Origin: Nitrosospira multiformis ATCC 25196
GTDB lineage: Bacteria > Pseudomonadota > Gammaproteobacteria > Burkholderiales > Nitrosomonadaceae
Direction of reading: 5' to 3'
Length of the DNA stretch: 32,000 bases
Assembly: GCF_000196355.1 (NCBI RefSeq)
Contig: NC_007614.1
Location: forward strand, 2,670,001-2,702,000
Shown here: piece by piece, positions 20,132-30,289 of the stretch
Numbering within the stretch: the stretch's first letter is position 1
How the letters are laid out: the number at the start of each line of letters is the position of its first letter
Position numbers and translations under genes: made by a program
The notes under the pieces: generated by a model
What the model saw: the letters and a program-made list of their open reading frames with translations, nothing else
Told to the model about the DNA's origin: nothing
Databases searched by the model: none

Positions 20132-20641
20132 AGGTCGCGTGATAACCAGTATTATTATGACGTAAACATAGCAGGGAGCCAGGGCCGCGGCCCGGTGCGG
20201 ATGCTCTTCTTCCGCTTTCCTCCGGCTTTTCTTCCGGAGAGCTTCTACCCGCTCCATCTGGAACCTGTGCGCCGCATCCGCCCGTGCCCTCCCTCTCCTT
20301 TATGCTGATGAAATTATCGGGGCGGCAGCCTCCTGGCATTGAGGGAAACAGGGGGAGAAAGACGCGCCATCTCCGAAATTCGATAACAGGACGCGCATTG
20401 TCGGGCGAGCATCGAGCAACACGCGGGCCATCCCGCAGGAGGTGAATACGCATCGTGCCACTGACCGTTGGCAGGAGGCAGCATGACGTTTGTACTGCCT
20501 GTTCACGCGTATAGTGCGGCAAGGTATGATGTCGCCTTCGTGTTCCCTTGTATCCCATTGGTTCCACTGTTTTCCATTCCATTGCTTTCCGCTACCAGTT
20601 TCCCGCTTGCTTCCCCCATGATTGCCACCCGCAGATGAACG

Positions 20642-20671
20642 ATGAGTCCCAATGAGTCCCAATGAGTCCCA
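20642..20671 (+). repeat. 10-bp tandem repeat (ATGAGTCCCA) x3 spanning the bioA start codon
   Basis: Three exact consecutive copies at 20642-20651, 20652-20661 and 20662-20671, followed by a degenerate AGAGTCCCC. Confidence 0.97.
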
Positions 20672-21984
20672 AGAGTCCCCATGAAGCCTTGCGGCAACGC
20701 AGCCTGAAGTCGGTCTGGCATCCCTGCACCCAGATGAAGCGGCATGAATCGCTGGCGCTCGTCACCATCGCGCGCGCCGAAGGCGTGTGGCTATACGATG
20801 GTGAGGGCAGGCGGTACCTCGATGCCATCGGTTCCTGGTGGGTCAATCTGTTCGGTCATGCCAACCCGCGCATCAACGCAGCCATTCGCGAGCAGCTCGA
20901 CCGTCTGGAGCATGTCATGCTGGCCGGATTCACGCATGAACCGGTGGTGGAATTGTCCGAGCGCCTCAGCAAGCTGGTATCGAACCAGCTGGGGCATTGC
21001 TTTTATGCGAGCGATGGTGCTTCCGCCACGGAAATTGCGCTGAAAATGAGTTTTCATTACTGGCACAACCTCGGCCGCCCTGAAAAGAATCATTTCGTCA
21101 GCCTGCAGAACGACTACCATGGCGAAACGCTGGGAGCGCTTTCGGTCACGGATGTAGCACTTTTCAAGGAAACCTATGCACCGCTCCTGCGGCCAGGCAG
21201 CCATGTTCCCACTCCGGACTGGCGCTATGCCTCCGAGGGCGAGTCGCCTCAGGAGCATGCCCTGCGCGCCGCTGCGGCGCTCGAGGCGCACCTTGCAGCG
21301 CATCATGCGGAAACTGCTGCACTCATTCTGGAACCGCTGATTCAGGGAGCGGCCGGCATGGGCATGTATCATCCTGATTATCTCCGGCGCGCGCGCGAAC
21401 TCTGCGACCGGTATCAGGTGCATCTCATCGCGGATGAAATCGCAGTCGGATTCGGCAGGACTGGGACCCTGTTTGCCTGTGAGCAGGCAGGCATCCTGCC
21501 GGATTTCCTCTGCATCGGTAAGGGTTTGACGGCAGGTTATCTTCCTCTCTCGGTCGTGATGACTACCGAGGAAATCTACGCTGCCTTCTACGGCGACAAC
21601 CCGGCGCGCGCCTTCCTGCATTCCCATACCCATTCCGGCAATGCGCTGGCCTGCCGGGCCGCGCTCGCGACGCTGGATATTTTCGAGCAGGACGGTATCA
21701 TCGAGGCGAACCGTGGCAAGGCCCGCTATCTCAATCAGGCCTCCACACCCCTCGCAACGCATCCGCAGGTGCGGAACTTCCGCAATTGCGGAATGATCTG
21801 GGCGTTCGAAGTCGAGACTTCCGATCCGTCGTTTCCGGGAAAATTTTTCCAGGCTGCGCTCAGGCAGGAACTGTCCCTGCGGCCCTTGGGAAACACCGTC
21901 TACTTCATGCCGCCGTATGTCATCAACGAACAGGAAATGGACCTGCTGGTGGCGGGTACGCTGGCGGCGCTGGACGCATGGTGA
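20662..21984 (+). CDS. bioA: Adenosylmethionine-8-amino-7-oxononanoate aminotransferase
   Basis: 440 aa, SVWHPCTQMKRHESLALVTIARAEGVWLYDGEGRRYLDAIGSWWVNLFGHANPRI...LIADEIAVGFGRTGTLFACEQAGILPDFLCIGKGLTAGYLPLSVV. Confidence 0.96.
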   Translation: MSPKSPHEALRQRSLKSVWHPCTQMKRHESLALVTIARAEGVWLYDGEGRRYLDAIGSWWVNLFGHANPRINAAIREQLDRLEHVMLAGFTHEPVVELSERLSKLVSNQLGHCFYASDGASATEIALKMSFHYWHNLGRPEKNHFVSLQNDYHGETLGALSVTDVALFKETYAPLLRPGSHVPTPDWRYASEGESPQEHALRAAAALEAHLAAHHAETAALILEPLIQGAAGMGMYHPDYLRRARELCDRYQVHLIADEIAVGFGRTGTLFACEQAGILPDFLCIGKGLTAGYLPLSVVMTTEEIYAAFYGDNPARAFLHSHTHSGNALACRAALATLDIFEQDGIIEANRGKARYLNQASTPLATHPQVRNFRNCGMIWAFEVETSDPSFPGKFFQAALRQELSLRPLGNTVYFMPPYVINEQEMDLLVAGTLAALDAW

Positions 21985-22494
21985 AAACCCCCCGGTGAGG
22001 AAACGACGGAGGCGATGAAGTGGCTGCGCCGAATGCCGGCAAGCCTCGCATTCATTTCGTTCAGAGCGTCGTGGAGTCGATGCGCTTCAATAATATACGG
22101 AAGGAGCCGTTATCATCTCTGCAACCAGGATGTGCGATGGGGGCAGGATCAAGTATCATCTAAAGTACAATCTCGACAGGCCGAATGAAGCATACTCATT
22201 ATCGGCTTCCAGGCGGTCGGTACGCTGAATGCAGCTCGGTGGAGGGGTGAATCAGTGAAGATTTTTCGATGGAAATGCACCCGTGCGGCTGGATATGCCC
22301 ATCGGCGGACTTTCCGCTCACGCGGACCTGCTCGTCATGCTGGACTACTTCCTTGCCGCCTCCCAGTCTGACTTTCCGGTCAGACTTTCCTCGTTCACGC
22401 AGCCTTCAGCTTGCCCATTCTGGCCGACACCATCCGGCAGAAACCAAACTGGAATGCAAGTACCCTGTCCAACCCTCATCCGTTGAGATATAGC

Positions 22495-24141
22495 ATGTCC
22501 CTGTTCACACGTTTGCAACGTTCCCTGGAAAACCCGCTGGAAAACCCGCAGAAAAACCTGCCCGGAAATCCATTGAGAAACTCGCATCTCGTACCGCTAT
22601 TACGCGCAATAAAGTGGGCATTATGCAGTCTGCTTGTCTTCCTGCCGCCGCCGGCTTTGGCGCTCGACCTGCCTGACTCGGTAAAATACGCGCTCGCACG
22701 GGCGGGTATCCCCCGGTCTGCCGTCGGCATTTACGTGCATGAAACCGGTGCAGGACAGCCGCTGCTGGCTGTCAATGCTGGCGTCGGCATGAGCCCGGCT
22801 TCGGTGATGAAGCTTCTGACCACATTTGCCGGACTGGAACTACTGGGGCCGGGATATGCCTGGAAGACGGAGCTGTATGCTGACGGGATTGTCCGGGGGG
22901 ATGCCCTTCACGGCAATCTGGTCATCAAGGGCTACGGCGATCCGAGGCTGAATCTGGAGAACTTCTGGTTGCTCACCCGACGGCTGCGCCAGACCGGATT
23001 GCGCGAAATCACCGGCGACCTGGTGCTCGACAGCAGCCATTTCGATCTCCCCGGAAGCGACTCCGCCGCATTCGACGGCAGGCCCTATCGCGCATACAAC
23101 GTCCTCCCCGAGGCGCTGATGGTGAATTACCGGACGCTCGCGCTGCGGCTGCTGCCGCAGCCGGAAAGCAGGAGCGTGCGCATTGTGGTGGACCCCCTGT
23201 TGCCCTCTCTCGACCTCAAAAACAGCCTGACGCTCACCAATGGTGCATGCAATGACTGGAAGGATGATCTTGGCACGGATATTCAGTTCGCCACGGGCCT
23301 CGACAGCCGCGTGTCCGTGACATTCAAGGGCAGCTATGCCCTGGCGTGCGGCGAAAAAACCCTGTTCCTCAGTGTTCACGACACTGCCCGCTATACCTTC
23401 GATCTGTTCAGGCAGTTGTGGGAACAGCAAGGCGGTGTTCTTCGCGGGAGCGTGCGCAGGAGTGCCGCTCCGGAAGGAATTGTGCCGCTGGAAACCCACC
23501 AGTCTCCTCCCTTGACGGATATCGTGCGCGATATCAACAAGTTCAGCAACAATACCGCGGCGCGGCAGCTCTATCTCACCCTGGGGCTGGGCAGTGGACC
23601 ATTCAGGGAACCGCAAGTAATGCCGGCTTCCTTCAACATCGGCTACGGAAATGATCGAACCGCCAAAAGCGGAACAATACTTTCCCTGGATGGAATCGGA
23701 GAAGATCCTGACCCGTCACGCGCAACCCTCGCCAAATCGGAAACCGCCATCCGGCAATGGCTCGCTTCCCGCCAACTGGTCTTTCCCGAGCTGATCCTGG
23801 AAAACGGGTCTGGCTTGTCGCGGAATGAACGCATCAGTGCCGGCCATATGGGCAAACTGCTGCTCGCCGCATTCCAGAGTCATGTCATGCCCGAGTTTGT
23901 CTCCTCCCTGCCCATCGTCGCAGTGGACGGCACCATGAAGAAAAGACTCAACCGCAGTGCAATCGCCGGCCAGGCCCATATCAAGACAGGGCTGCTGGAG
24001 GGGGTAAAAACCATAGCGGGTTATGTGCGCGACAAGTCCGGCAGGCGCTCGGTCGTGGTTTTCTTCATCAACCACCCGCGCGCGGAGAACGGACAGGCTG
24101 CGATGGATGCGCTGCTCGATTGGGTCTACGAGGGGCGATAA
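22495..24141 (+). CDS. dacB: D-alanyl-D-alanine carboxypeptidase/endopeptidase (PBP4, DacB family). The track ORF starts at 22411
   Basis: SxxK motif SPASVMKLLTT; VMVNYRTL; NSAV-like FSNNTAARQLYLTLG; HIKTGLLEGVKTIAGYVRDKSGRR (KTG box). Confidence 0.92.
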   Translation: MSLFTRLQRSLENPLENPQKNLPGNPLRNSHLVPLLRAIKWALCSLLVFLPPPALALDLPDSVKYALARAGIPRSAVGIYVHETGAGQPLLAVNAGVGMSPASVMKLLTTFAGLELLGPGYAWKTELYADGIVRGDALHGNLVIKGYGDPRLNLENFWLLTRRLRQTGLREITGDLVLDSSHFDLPGSDSAAFDGRPYRAYNVLPEALMVNYRTLALRLLPQPESRSVRIVVDPLLPSLDLKNSLTLTNGACNDWKDDLGTDIQFATGLDSRVSVTFKGSYALACGEKTLFLSVHDTARYTFDLFRQLWEQQGGVLRGSVRRSAAPEGIVPLETHQSPPLTDIVRDINKFSNNTAARQLYLTLGLGSGPFREPQVMPASFNIGYGNDRTAKSGTILSLDGIGEDPDPSRATLAKSETAIRQWLASRQLVFPELILENGSGLSRNERISAGHMGKLLLAAFQSHVMPEFVSSLPIVAVDGTMKKRLNRSAIAGQAHIKTGLLEGVKTIAGYVRDKSGRRSVVVFFINHPRAENGQAAMDALLDWVYEGR

Positions 24142-24359
24142 CGCTATCAACGAAAGTTGTGCTCCGGGAAGCCGGATTAGCCCCGCCCAACGCTTTCTGA
24201 TGCCTCATGCGGATCTCAATGCTCCGCATCGGCGCACTGCCTTTTTGCCTCTCCTGTTGACTGGGGTAGACGTTCCGTAGAGATTTTCTACGTCCTCCAC
24301 CAAATTAAAGCACTTCCTCCCGGCAGCCGTTATTGACAGCATCCTTCATCGCCGTTTGA

Positions 24360-24902
24360 GTGGTCCAGCAGGAGCAGACCCCTGTTCCGCAATTAACACA
24401 TATGACGAAACAACTCGAAAAACTTATGTTTGTACAGGGTGGCCGGTGCTTCTTCTGCGACCAACGCATTCCTGCGACGGAAGCGAGCGTGGAGCACTTG
24501 ATAGCGCGAGCAAATGGCGGGGCTAACAGCGAGGATAACTGTGTTGCCTGCTGCAAGTCGCTAAATGCACTGCTCGCGAACAAGTCCCTGAAGGAGAAAT
24601 TGCGCATCGTACTGAACCAGAGAGGGCAATTTAAATGCCCAGCGTGCTACAGCAGTAAGGAAACACCTTACAGCACCGAGAGCAATGGTCTTCGACTTGA
24701 AAGACTTTCCCGGATATCGGCAGACCTCAAGAATCGCCACCCGGCCCTTCCCCGAACGGTTAACGCACTTCGCAACACAATCGATGCCGTTTTTCAAAAG
24801 AAACTGACTGCGGAAGATATCAGCTCAATCCTCGATGAACTTCAGTCCAGCGGTCGGATCACAATCAGTGAAAATAAGGTTGAATATCAACTTGCGCCCT
24901 GA
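24360..24902 (+). CDS. HNH endonuclease family protein; start may be 24402
   Basis: CFFCDQRIPATEASVEHLIARANGGANSEDNCVACCKSLNALLANKS, then CPAC, then an about 80-aa C-terminal region. Confidence 0.8.
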   Translation: MVQQEQTPVPQLTHMTKQLEKLMFVQGGRCFFCDQRIPATEASVEHLIARANGGANSEDNCVACCKSLNALLANKSLKEKLRIVLNQRGQFKCPACYSSKETPYSTESNGLRLERLSRISADLKNRHPALPRTVNALRNTIDAVFQKKLTAEDISSILDELQSSGRITISENKVEYQLAP

Positions 24903-25011
24903 TGCTTCCTGCGATTGCAAGCATTACCTCGCGCTCTTCGCCACGCCACGGAGCGAAGTGCTCGCGTAACATCCTCACGTCAAGCATTCATGCTAGCGCT
25001 ATTTCCGGTTT

Positions 25012-26493
25012 TCATTCGATCCTGCTGTCCAACCCGTTCTCCGCAATCTCCGCCGCGCGCAGCAGGGCCCTGGCCTTGTTTTGCGTCTCCACCCATTCGC
25101 TTTGCGGAACGGAATCGGCAACGATGCCCGCACCCGCCTGGACATGCAGTTTGCCGTCCTTGATCACTCCAGTGCGGATGGCGATAGCCAGATCCATATC
25201 CCCGTTGAATCCAAGATATCCGACTGCACCTGCATAGATTCCACGCTTCGAGACTTCCAGTTCATCGATGATTTCCATTGCCCGCACCTTGGGCGCGCCA
25301 CTTACGGTCCCCGCCGGAAAGGTGGCGCGCAGCACATCCATCGCATTGAGGCCGGGCTTGAGCCGGCCTTCGACATTGGAAACAATATGCATGACGTGCG
25401 AGTAGTGCTCGATACGCATGTTCTCTGTCACCTTTACCGTTCCGATCTGCGCCACGCGTCCTACATCATTACGCCCCAGGTCCATCAGCATTACATGCTC
25501 CGCCCGCTCTTTCGGGTCGGCGAGCAGATCGGTGGCCAGCGCAGCGTCTTCCCCCAAGGTCTTGCCCCGGGGACGGGTTCCTGCGATCGGGCGTACCGTT
25601 ACCGTTTCACCTTCGAGTCGCACCAGGATTTCGGGCGAGGCTCCCACCACGTAAAAGCTGCCGAGGTGGTAATAAAACATGTAGGGAGAAGGATTGAGGC
25701 TGCGCAACGCGCGGTACAGCGCGAGCGGTGATGCGCCGTACGGTTTGCTGGTGCGCTGCGATAGCACCACCTGCATGATATCGCCATCAAAAATATAGCG
25801 CTTGGCCCGTTCTACTGCCGAGATGAAATCCGCCTCCGCGAACTGCGAAACCGGCGCACCCGATTCACACGGCATTTCCAATGGAATCCGTAACGGTTCC
25901 CGGAGAGATCCCAACAGTTCTTTCAACCGTTTCCGGGCGCTGGAGTACGCGCCCTCAAGAGCGGCGTCCCCATATACGATGAGGTAGAGCTTGCTGGAAA
26001 GGTTATCCACCACGGCCAGTTCTTCCGAAACCAGCAGCAGGATGTCGGGCGTATCCAGTGTGTCAGGCAGCCTGTACGCGCACCCACCCGCGAGCCTGCG
26101 CTCGATATAACGTACCGTATCGTACGCGAAGTAGCCCGCGAGACCGCCGCAAAACCGCGGCAAGCCGGGATAAGGTGCCGCCTTGAAGCGCGCCAGATAG
26201 GATTGAACGAAAGCAAGAGGATCTTCCGACTGGAATACCTGGCTGGTGCTGCCGTCGATTACGCTGACATCGTTGCCGCGCACTTCGATTCGGTTGCGGG
26301 CGGGTAAGCCGATAACTGAATAACGTCCAAAACGCTCGCCTCCCTGAACGGATTCCAGCAGATAGGAATAAGGCTCATTTGCCAGCTTCAGATAAACCGA
26401 CAACGGGGTGTCAAGATCGGCAAAGGTTTCCAGGACGACAGGAATATGGGTGTAGCCCTTTGTCGCCAGAGCATGGAATTCTGCTTCCGTCAT
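25012..26493 (-). CDS. trpE: Anthranilate synthase component I
   Basis: 493 aa, [55 protein letters not shown]...[20 protein letters not shown]...[21 protein letters not shown]. Confidence 0.97.
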   Translation of the reverse strand: MTEAEFHALATKGYTHIPVVLETFADLDTPLSVYLKLANEPYSYLLESVQGGERFGRYSVIGLPARNRIEVRGNDVSVIDGSTSQVFQSEDPLAFVQSYLARFKAAPYPGLPRFCGGLAGYFAYDTVRYIERRLAGGCAYRLPDTLDTPDILLLVSEELAVVDNLSSKLYLIVYGDAALEGAYSSARKRLKELLGSLREPLRIPLEMPCESGAPVSQFAEADFISAVERAKRYIFDGDIMQVVLSQRTSKPYGASPLALYRALRSLNPSPYMFYYHLGSFYVVGASPEILVRLEGETVTVRPIAGTRPRGKTLGEDAALATDLLADPKERAEHVMLMDLGRNDVGRVAQIGTVKVTENMRIEHYSHVMHIVSNVEGRLKPGLNAMDVLRATFPAGTVSGAPKVRAMEIIDELEVSKRGIYAGAVGYLGFNGDMDLAIAIRTGVIKDGKLHVQAGAGIVADSVPQSEWVETQNKARALLRAAEIAENGLDSRIE

Positions 26494-26633
26494 GATTCAG
26501 ACTCCAAAAAAACAGAAAATGAAAAAATACCGCAGAACGGATCAATATTTATCGAGCCGCCAACGCCAACCCCAGCAGTGCCAGTAGCACCATCCCTGGG
26601 TTGCATATCTTTCCTTTTCCGTTTTTCCGTTAC

Positions 26634-27317
26634 TCATGAGGATTTCTGGATCAGCTTTGTTGCCTCATATAACGATGGGACGATCGCGTCGCAATCAAGT
26701 TCGTACACGTCGCGTCCTTCATTGTATCCATAGGGAACACAAAATACGTGAGAACCCGCCGCGCGCGCAGCCTGGGCATCATTTAGCGAATCCCCGACCA
26801 GCAGCATGTCATGCGGCTGGATTTCGAAACGTTCACAAGCGTGCAGCAAAGGCATCGGATCCGGCTTCTTTTTCGGCAAGCTATCCCCGGAAACCACGAT
26901 ATCGAAGTAGTCCAGCAGTTCCGCCGCACGAAGCAGCGGCAAGGTAAAAGCCTCTGCCTTGTTCGTCACGCAGGCGAGCCGGAAGCCGCCTGCACGCAAA
27001 GCGTTCAATCCCTCGCGCACGCCAGGGTAAGCGCGCGTATCGACATACAATGTTTTTTCGTAGCTGCGCTCATACAGCGGCATTGCGCGCCGCAATAGGT
27101 CTGAGTCGGGCTCGCCATCGAGGTCGCCCGTGAGCGAACGTTTCACCAGCTTTTCTATCCCTTTGCCGATGTAGGATTGGATTGTTTCCAGCGGAAGCTC
27201 GGCTTTTCCCAGTTCCTTCAGCATCATGTTGGCAGCGGTGGCAAGATCAGGCGCGGTATCCAGCAAGGTGCCGTCGAGATCGATCATGACTGCTTTGATC
27301 GGCAGGGGAAAATGCAT
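26634..27317 (-). CDS. gph: Phosphoglycolate phosphatase (HAD family). Likely start ATG 27317; the track ORF starts at 27362
   Basis: MIDLDGTLLDTAPDLATAANMMLKELG...PYPGVREGLNALRAGGFRLACVTNK...MLLVGDSLNDAQAARAAG. Adjacent to trpE and rpe, as in many Proteobacteria. Confidence 0.93.
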   Translation of the reverse strand: MHFPLPIKAVMIDLDGTLLDTAPDLATAANMMLKELGKAELPLETIQSYIGKGIEKLVKRSLTGDLDGEPDSDLLRRAMPLYERSYEKTLYVDTRAYPGVREGLNALRAGGFRLACVTNKAEAFTLPLLRAAELLDYFDIVVSGDSLPKKKPDPMPLLHACERFEIQPHDMLLVGDSLNDAQAARAAGSHVFCVPYGYNEGRDVYELDCDAIVPSLYEATKLIQKSS

Positions 27318-27476
27318 ATCAGGAGCAGAAGTACGTGCAAGCGGAGAGAGGCCTTTGTTCACGTCGTATTATCCATATTCATTAAAAAATAATAAGGCTT
27401 GTTCGTATAGGCGACGAAGCGACGGGAGCTTTCCAAATGGATCGCTCCAAACTCGGGAGTTTACGCACGAGCGCGC

Positions 27477-28160
27477 TCACACCTTCTTCAGTTCTGCCCG
27501 CAGGGCTGATAAGATGGTGTCATAACGGTGGGGATCGCTGTCCTTCCCTGCGCTGTAAATTGCGGAACCGGCAACGAAAGTATCCGCTCCAGCACGCGCA
27601 ATTTCCGCGATGTTGTCCACTTTCACGCCGCCATCGATTTCCAGCAGTATGCTCCTGCCGCTCTCATCGATACGCCTTCGCACTTCCCTCAGCTTCGGCA
27701 ACGCTTCCGGAATGAATTTCTGTCCCCCGAATCCGGGATTGACTGACATGATCAGTACCAGGTCCAGTTTGTCGAGAACGTGGTCAAGATAATTCAACGG
27801 TGTGGCGGGATTGAAAACAAGTCCGGCCATGCATCCCTGTTCCTTGATGAGCCCGATGGTGCGATCGATATGACGCGTTGCCTCCGGATGAAAGGAAATG
27901 ATATTGGCTCCTGCTTTCGCGAAATCCGGAACGATACGGTCAACCGGTTCGACCATCAGATGCACGTCGATAATCGCGTCGGTCACTGGTCGAATGGCTT
28001 CGCACACAAGGGGTCCGATAGTGAGGTTGGGTACATAATGATTATCCATCACATCGAAATGGATAAAATCCGCACCGGAATCGATAACTGCAGAAACTTC
28101 CTCGCCCAGCTTGGCAAAGTTTGCAGATAAAATGCTTGGAGCAATGCGGTAATTGGCCAT
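27477..28160 (-). CDS. rpe: Ribulose-phosphate 3-epimerase
   Basis: [22 protein letters not shown]...[20 protein letters not shown]...[18 protein letters not shown]...[11 protein letters not shown]. Confidence 0.96.
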   Translation of the reverse strand: MANYRIAPSILSANFAKLGEEVSAVIDSGADFIHFDVMDNHYVPNLTIGPLVCEAIRPVTDAIIDVHLMVEPVDRIVPDFAKAGANIISFHPEATRHIDRTIGLIKEQGCMAGLVFNPATPLNYLDHVLDKLDLVLIMSVNPGFGGQKFIPEALPKLREVRRRIDESGRSILLEIDGGVKVDNIAEIARAGADTFVAGSAIYSAGKDSDPHRYDTILSALRAELKKV

Positions 28161-28346
28161 GAAGGGCGTCCTTGTGATGATCAAAAAAGCGCAATTTTAA
28201 CCGTAAATTGTCTTTCGGCGTTAGTGGCATCGGTCTTTAAAGCTGCTGTCCCTGATTGCGATCTCCTGCAGTCTTGAAAAATCGTTCCAATGACTTTGCG
28301 GCGTGCTGCCCTTGCCCTGAGCCCGAAAATAGTGTGCAATGCCAGT

Positions 28347-28730
28347 ATGGCCGAAGGAAAAAAATACGAGATCGCGGTAAAGGTTCATACCACCTATCTT
28401 CCGGAACAATCGGACGAGGCGCTGGATCGCTATGTATTCGCCTATACGATCGTTCTTTCCAACACCGGTACCGTCACCGCCCAGCTCATCAGTCGGCACT
28501 GGGTCATTGCCGATGGCAGCGGCGGCGTACAGGAGGTAAGAGGTCTGGGAGTGGTGGGGGAACAACCCCTGCTGAAGCCGGGAGACACCTACGAATATAC
28601 GAGCGGCACAGCCATTTCGACACCGGTAGGTTCAATGAAAGGCAGCTACCAGATGGTGGCCGAGGATGGTCTGCGCTTCGACGCCCCCATTCCCGAGTTC
28701 ATTCTGAGCGTGCCGCGAATCCTCCATTAA
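28347..28730 (+). CDS. apaG: ApaG domain protein (Co2+/Mg2+ efflux protein ApaG)
   Basis: YEIAVKVHTTYLPEQSDEALDRYVFAYTIVLSNTGTVTAQLISRHWVIADGSGGVQEVRGLGVVGEQPLLKPGDTYEYTSG. Confidence 0.95.
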   Translation: MAEGKKYEIAVKVHTTYLPEQSDEALDRYVFAYTIVLSNTGTVTAQLISRHWVIADGSGGVQEVRGLGVVGEQPLLKPGDTYEYTSGTAISTPVGSMKGSYQMVAEDGLRFDAPIPEFILSVPRILH

Positions 28731-28750
28731 GAAGTATCTTCCCCTCGGCG

Positions 28751-30151
28751 TTACCCATACTTCTTCCGCCCGTATCGTCGACGACGATGAGCCCGTTTTG
28801 CCTCGGCTTCGGTGAGCGGAGCGGGGCTTTTCCCTGCGTAGGGATTGCGGCCTGTCCTGAATTCTATCCGGAGCGGCGTTCCCTCCAGCCCGAAGGTATC
28901 GCGAAATGTATTTTCCAGATAGCGCTGATAGGTCTGGGGCACGGCATTGAGAGCGCTGCCATGGATTATAATCAGGGGCGGATTCGAACCGCCCTGATGG
29001 GCGTAGCGCAGCTTGGGACGCGACATGCCGGCACGCGGGGGAGGCTGCTTCTCCACCGCGGCCAATAATGTGCGCGTAAGCCTGGGAGTAGGCAGATGAG
29101 CCATCGCCGCCCCATAGGCGGCATCGACAGAGGGCAGCAACCCTTTCGTGCCAGTGCCATGTAGCGCCGAAATATAGTGAAACCGGGCGAAATTCTGCAG
29201 AAACGGCAATTTACGGTTGATATCGCGCTTGATCATGTCACGCTGGTACTCATCCAGGCTGTCCCACTTGTTCACGGCCAGCACCAGTGCCCGTCCTGCT
29301 TCCAGGATGAATCCGCCAATATGCGCATCCTGATCTGAAATTTCACTGGCTGCATCCAGCACCAGTATCACCACGTTGGCATCTTCTATCGCTTGCAGTG
29401 TTTTCACCACGGAAAACTTCTCCACGGTCTCCTGCACCTTGCCGCGTCGACGCAGGCCCGCTGTATCGATCAGGGTATAAGTGCGCCCATTCCGCTCAAA
29501 ATCGATATAAATGCTGTCACGCGTAGTTCCCGGCTGATCAAAGGCGATGACACGCTCCTCTCCCAGCAGGGTGTTCACGAGCGTTGATTTTCCTACATTG
29601 GGACGACCCACGATGGCGATTTTCGGATGGTCGTCTTTTCTTTCCTGCTCAGGTTCGTCGGGAAAATCCTGAAGCGCCAGTGTCACCAGTTCATTCACGT
29701 TGTCGCCATGGGCGGCGGAAATCGCGCAAGGCTCGCCCAATCCCAGTTCGTGAAACTCCGCAGTAACGACGGAAACAGCCATGCCTTCGGTCTTGTTTAC
29801 CGCCAGCAAGGTTCGGCGACCCGATCTGCGCAGTTGCTCGGCGACAATTTTGTCCTGCGCCGTCAAACCGCTTCGACCGTCCACGATAAAGAGCACGACA
29901 TCAGCCTCGTCAATTGCTTGCAGTGTCTGCTTCGCCATTTCGTGCAGGATGCCTTCCGTTGCCATCGGCTCGAAGCCTCCTGTATCGACCACGAGATACG
30001 GCCTGTCACCCAGTTTGCCGTGTCCGTAATGACGGTCGCGCGTCAACCCCGGCAGGTCGGCCACCAGCGCGTCGCGGCTGCGTGTCAAACGGTTAAAGAG
30101 CGTGGACTTGCCGACGTTGGATCGCCCTACCAGTACGAGGGTGGGTTTCAT
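28751..30151 (-). CDS. der: Ribosome biogenesis GTPase Der (EngA)
   Basis: Two GTPase domains: [22 protein letters not shown] and [33 protein letters not shown]; C-terminal KH-like domain. Confidence 0.98.
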   Translation of the reverse strand: MKPTLVLVGRSNVGKSTLFNRLTRSRDALVADLPGLTRDRHYGHGKLGDRPYLVVDTGGFEPMATEGILHEMAKQTLQAIDEADVVLFIVDGRSGLTAQDKIVAEQLRRSGRRTLLAVNKTEGMAVSVVTAEFHELGLGEPCAISAAHGDNVNELVTLALQDFPDEPEQERKDDHPKIAIVGRPNVGKSTLVNTLLGEERVIAFDQPGTTRDSIYIDFERNGRTYTLIDTAGLRRRGKVQETVEKFSVVKTLQAIEDANVVILVLDAASEISDQDAHIGGFILEAGRALVLAVNKWDSLDEYQRDMIKRDINRKLPFLQNFARFHYISALHGTGTKGLLPSVDAAYGAAMAHLPTPRLTRTLLAAVEKQPPPRAGMSRPKLRYAHQGGSNPPLIIIHGSALNAVPQTYQRYLENTFRDTFGLEGTPLRIEFRTGRNPYAGKSPAPLTEAEAKRAHRRRRYGRKKYG

Positions 30152-30289
30152 GATTTCAGCTTTCGTCTAAAACAGGGCTGGGCTGCGGCATAAGGTACGG
30201 AATTGAAGCGCTGGACAGCGAATTCCCGGATTACCGAGGTATTCCCCAGAAGGTGAATTTTCAAAAACGAAAAACGCGCGCCCGCACGA

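Noticed and set aside
20300-20662. 120-aa and 165-aa minus-strand ORFs (20085-20662) in the flp-bioA intergenic region
   Set aside because: Overlapping ORFs in different frames with low-complexity N-termini from repeated TGGAA-like sequence. No RBS or homology evident, so the region is treated as regulatory/non-coding.
20642-20671. Possible CRISPR-like array
   Set aside because: The repeat unit is 10 bp and directly tandem, with no spacers and no cas genes nearby.
20791-21762. 323-aa minus-strand ORF antisense to bioA
   Set aside because: Shadow of the strongly supported bioA. No family features.
22840-23616. 258-aa minus-strand ORF antisense to dacB
   Set aside because: Shadow ORF. The PBP4 motifs on the plus strand account for the sequence.
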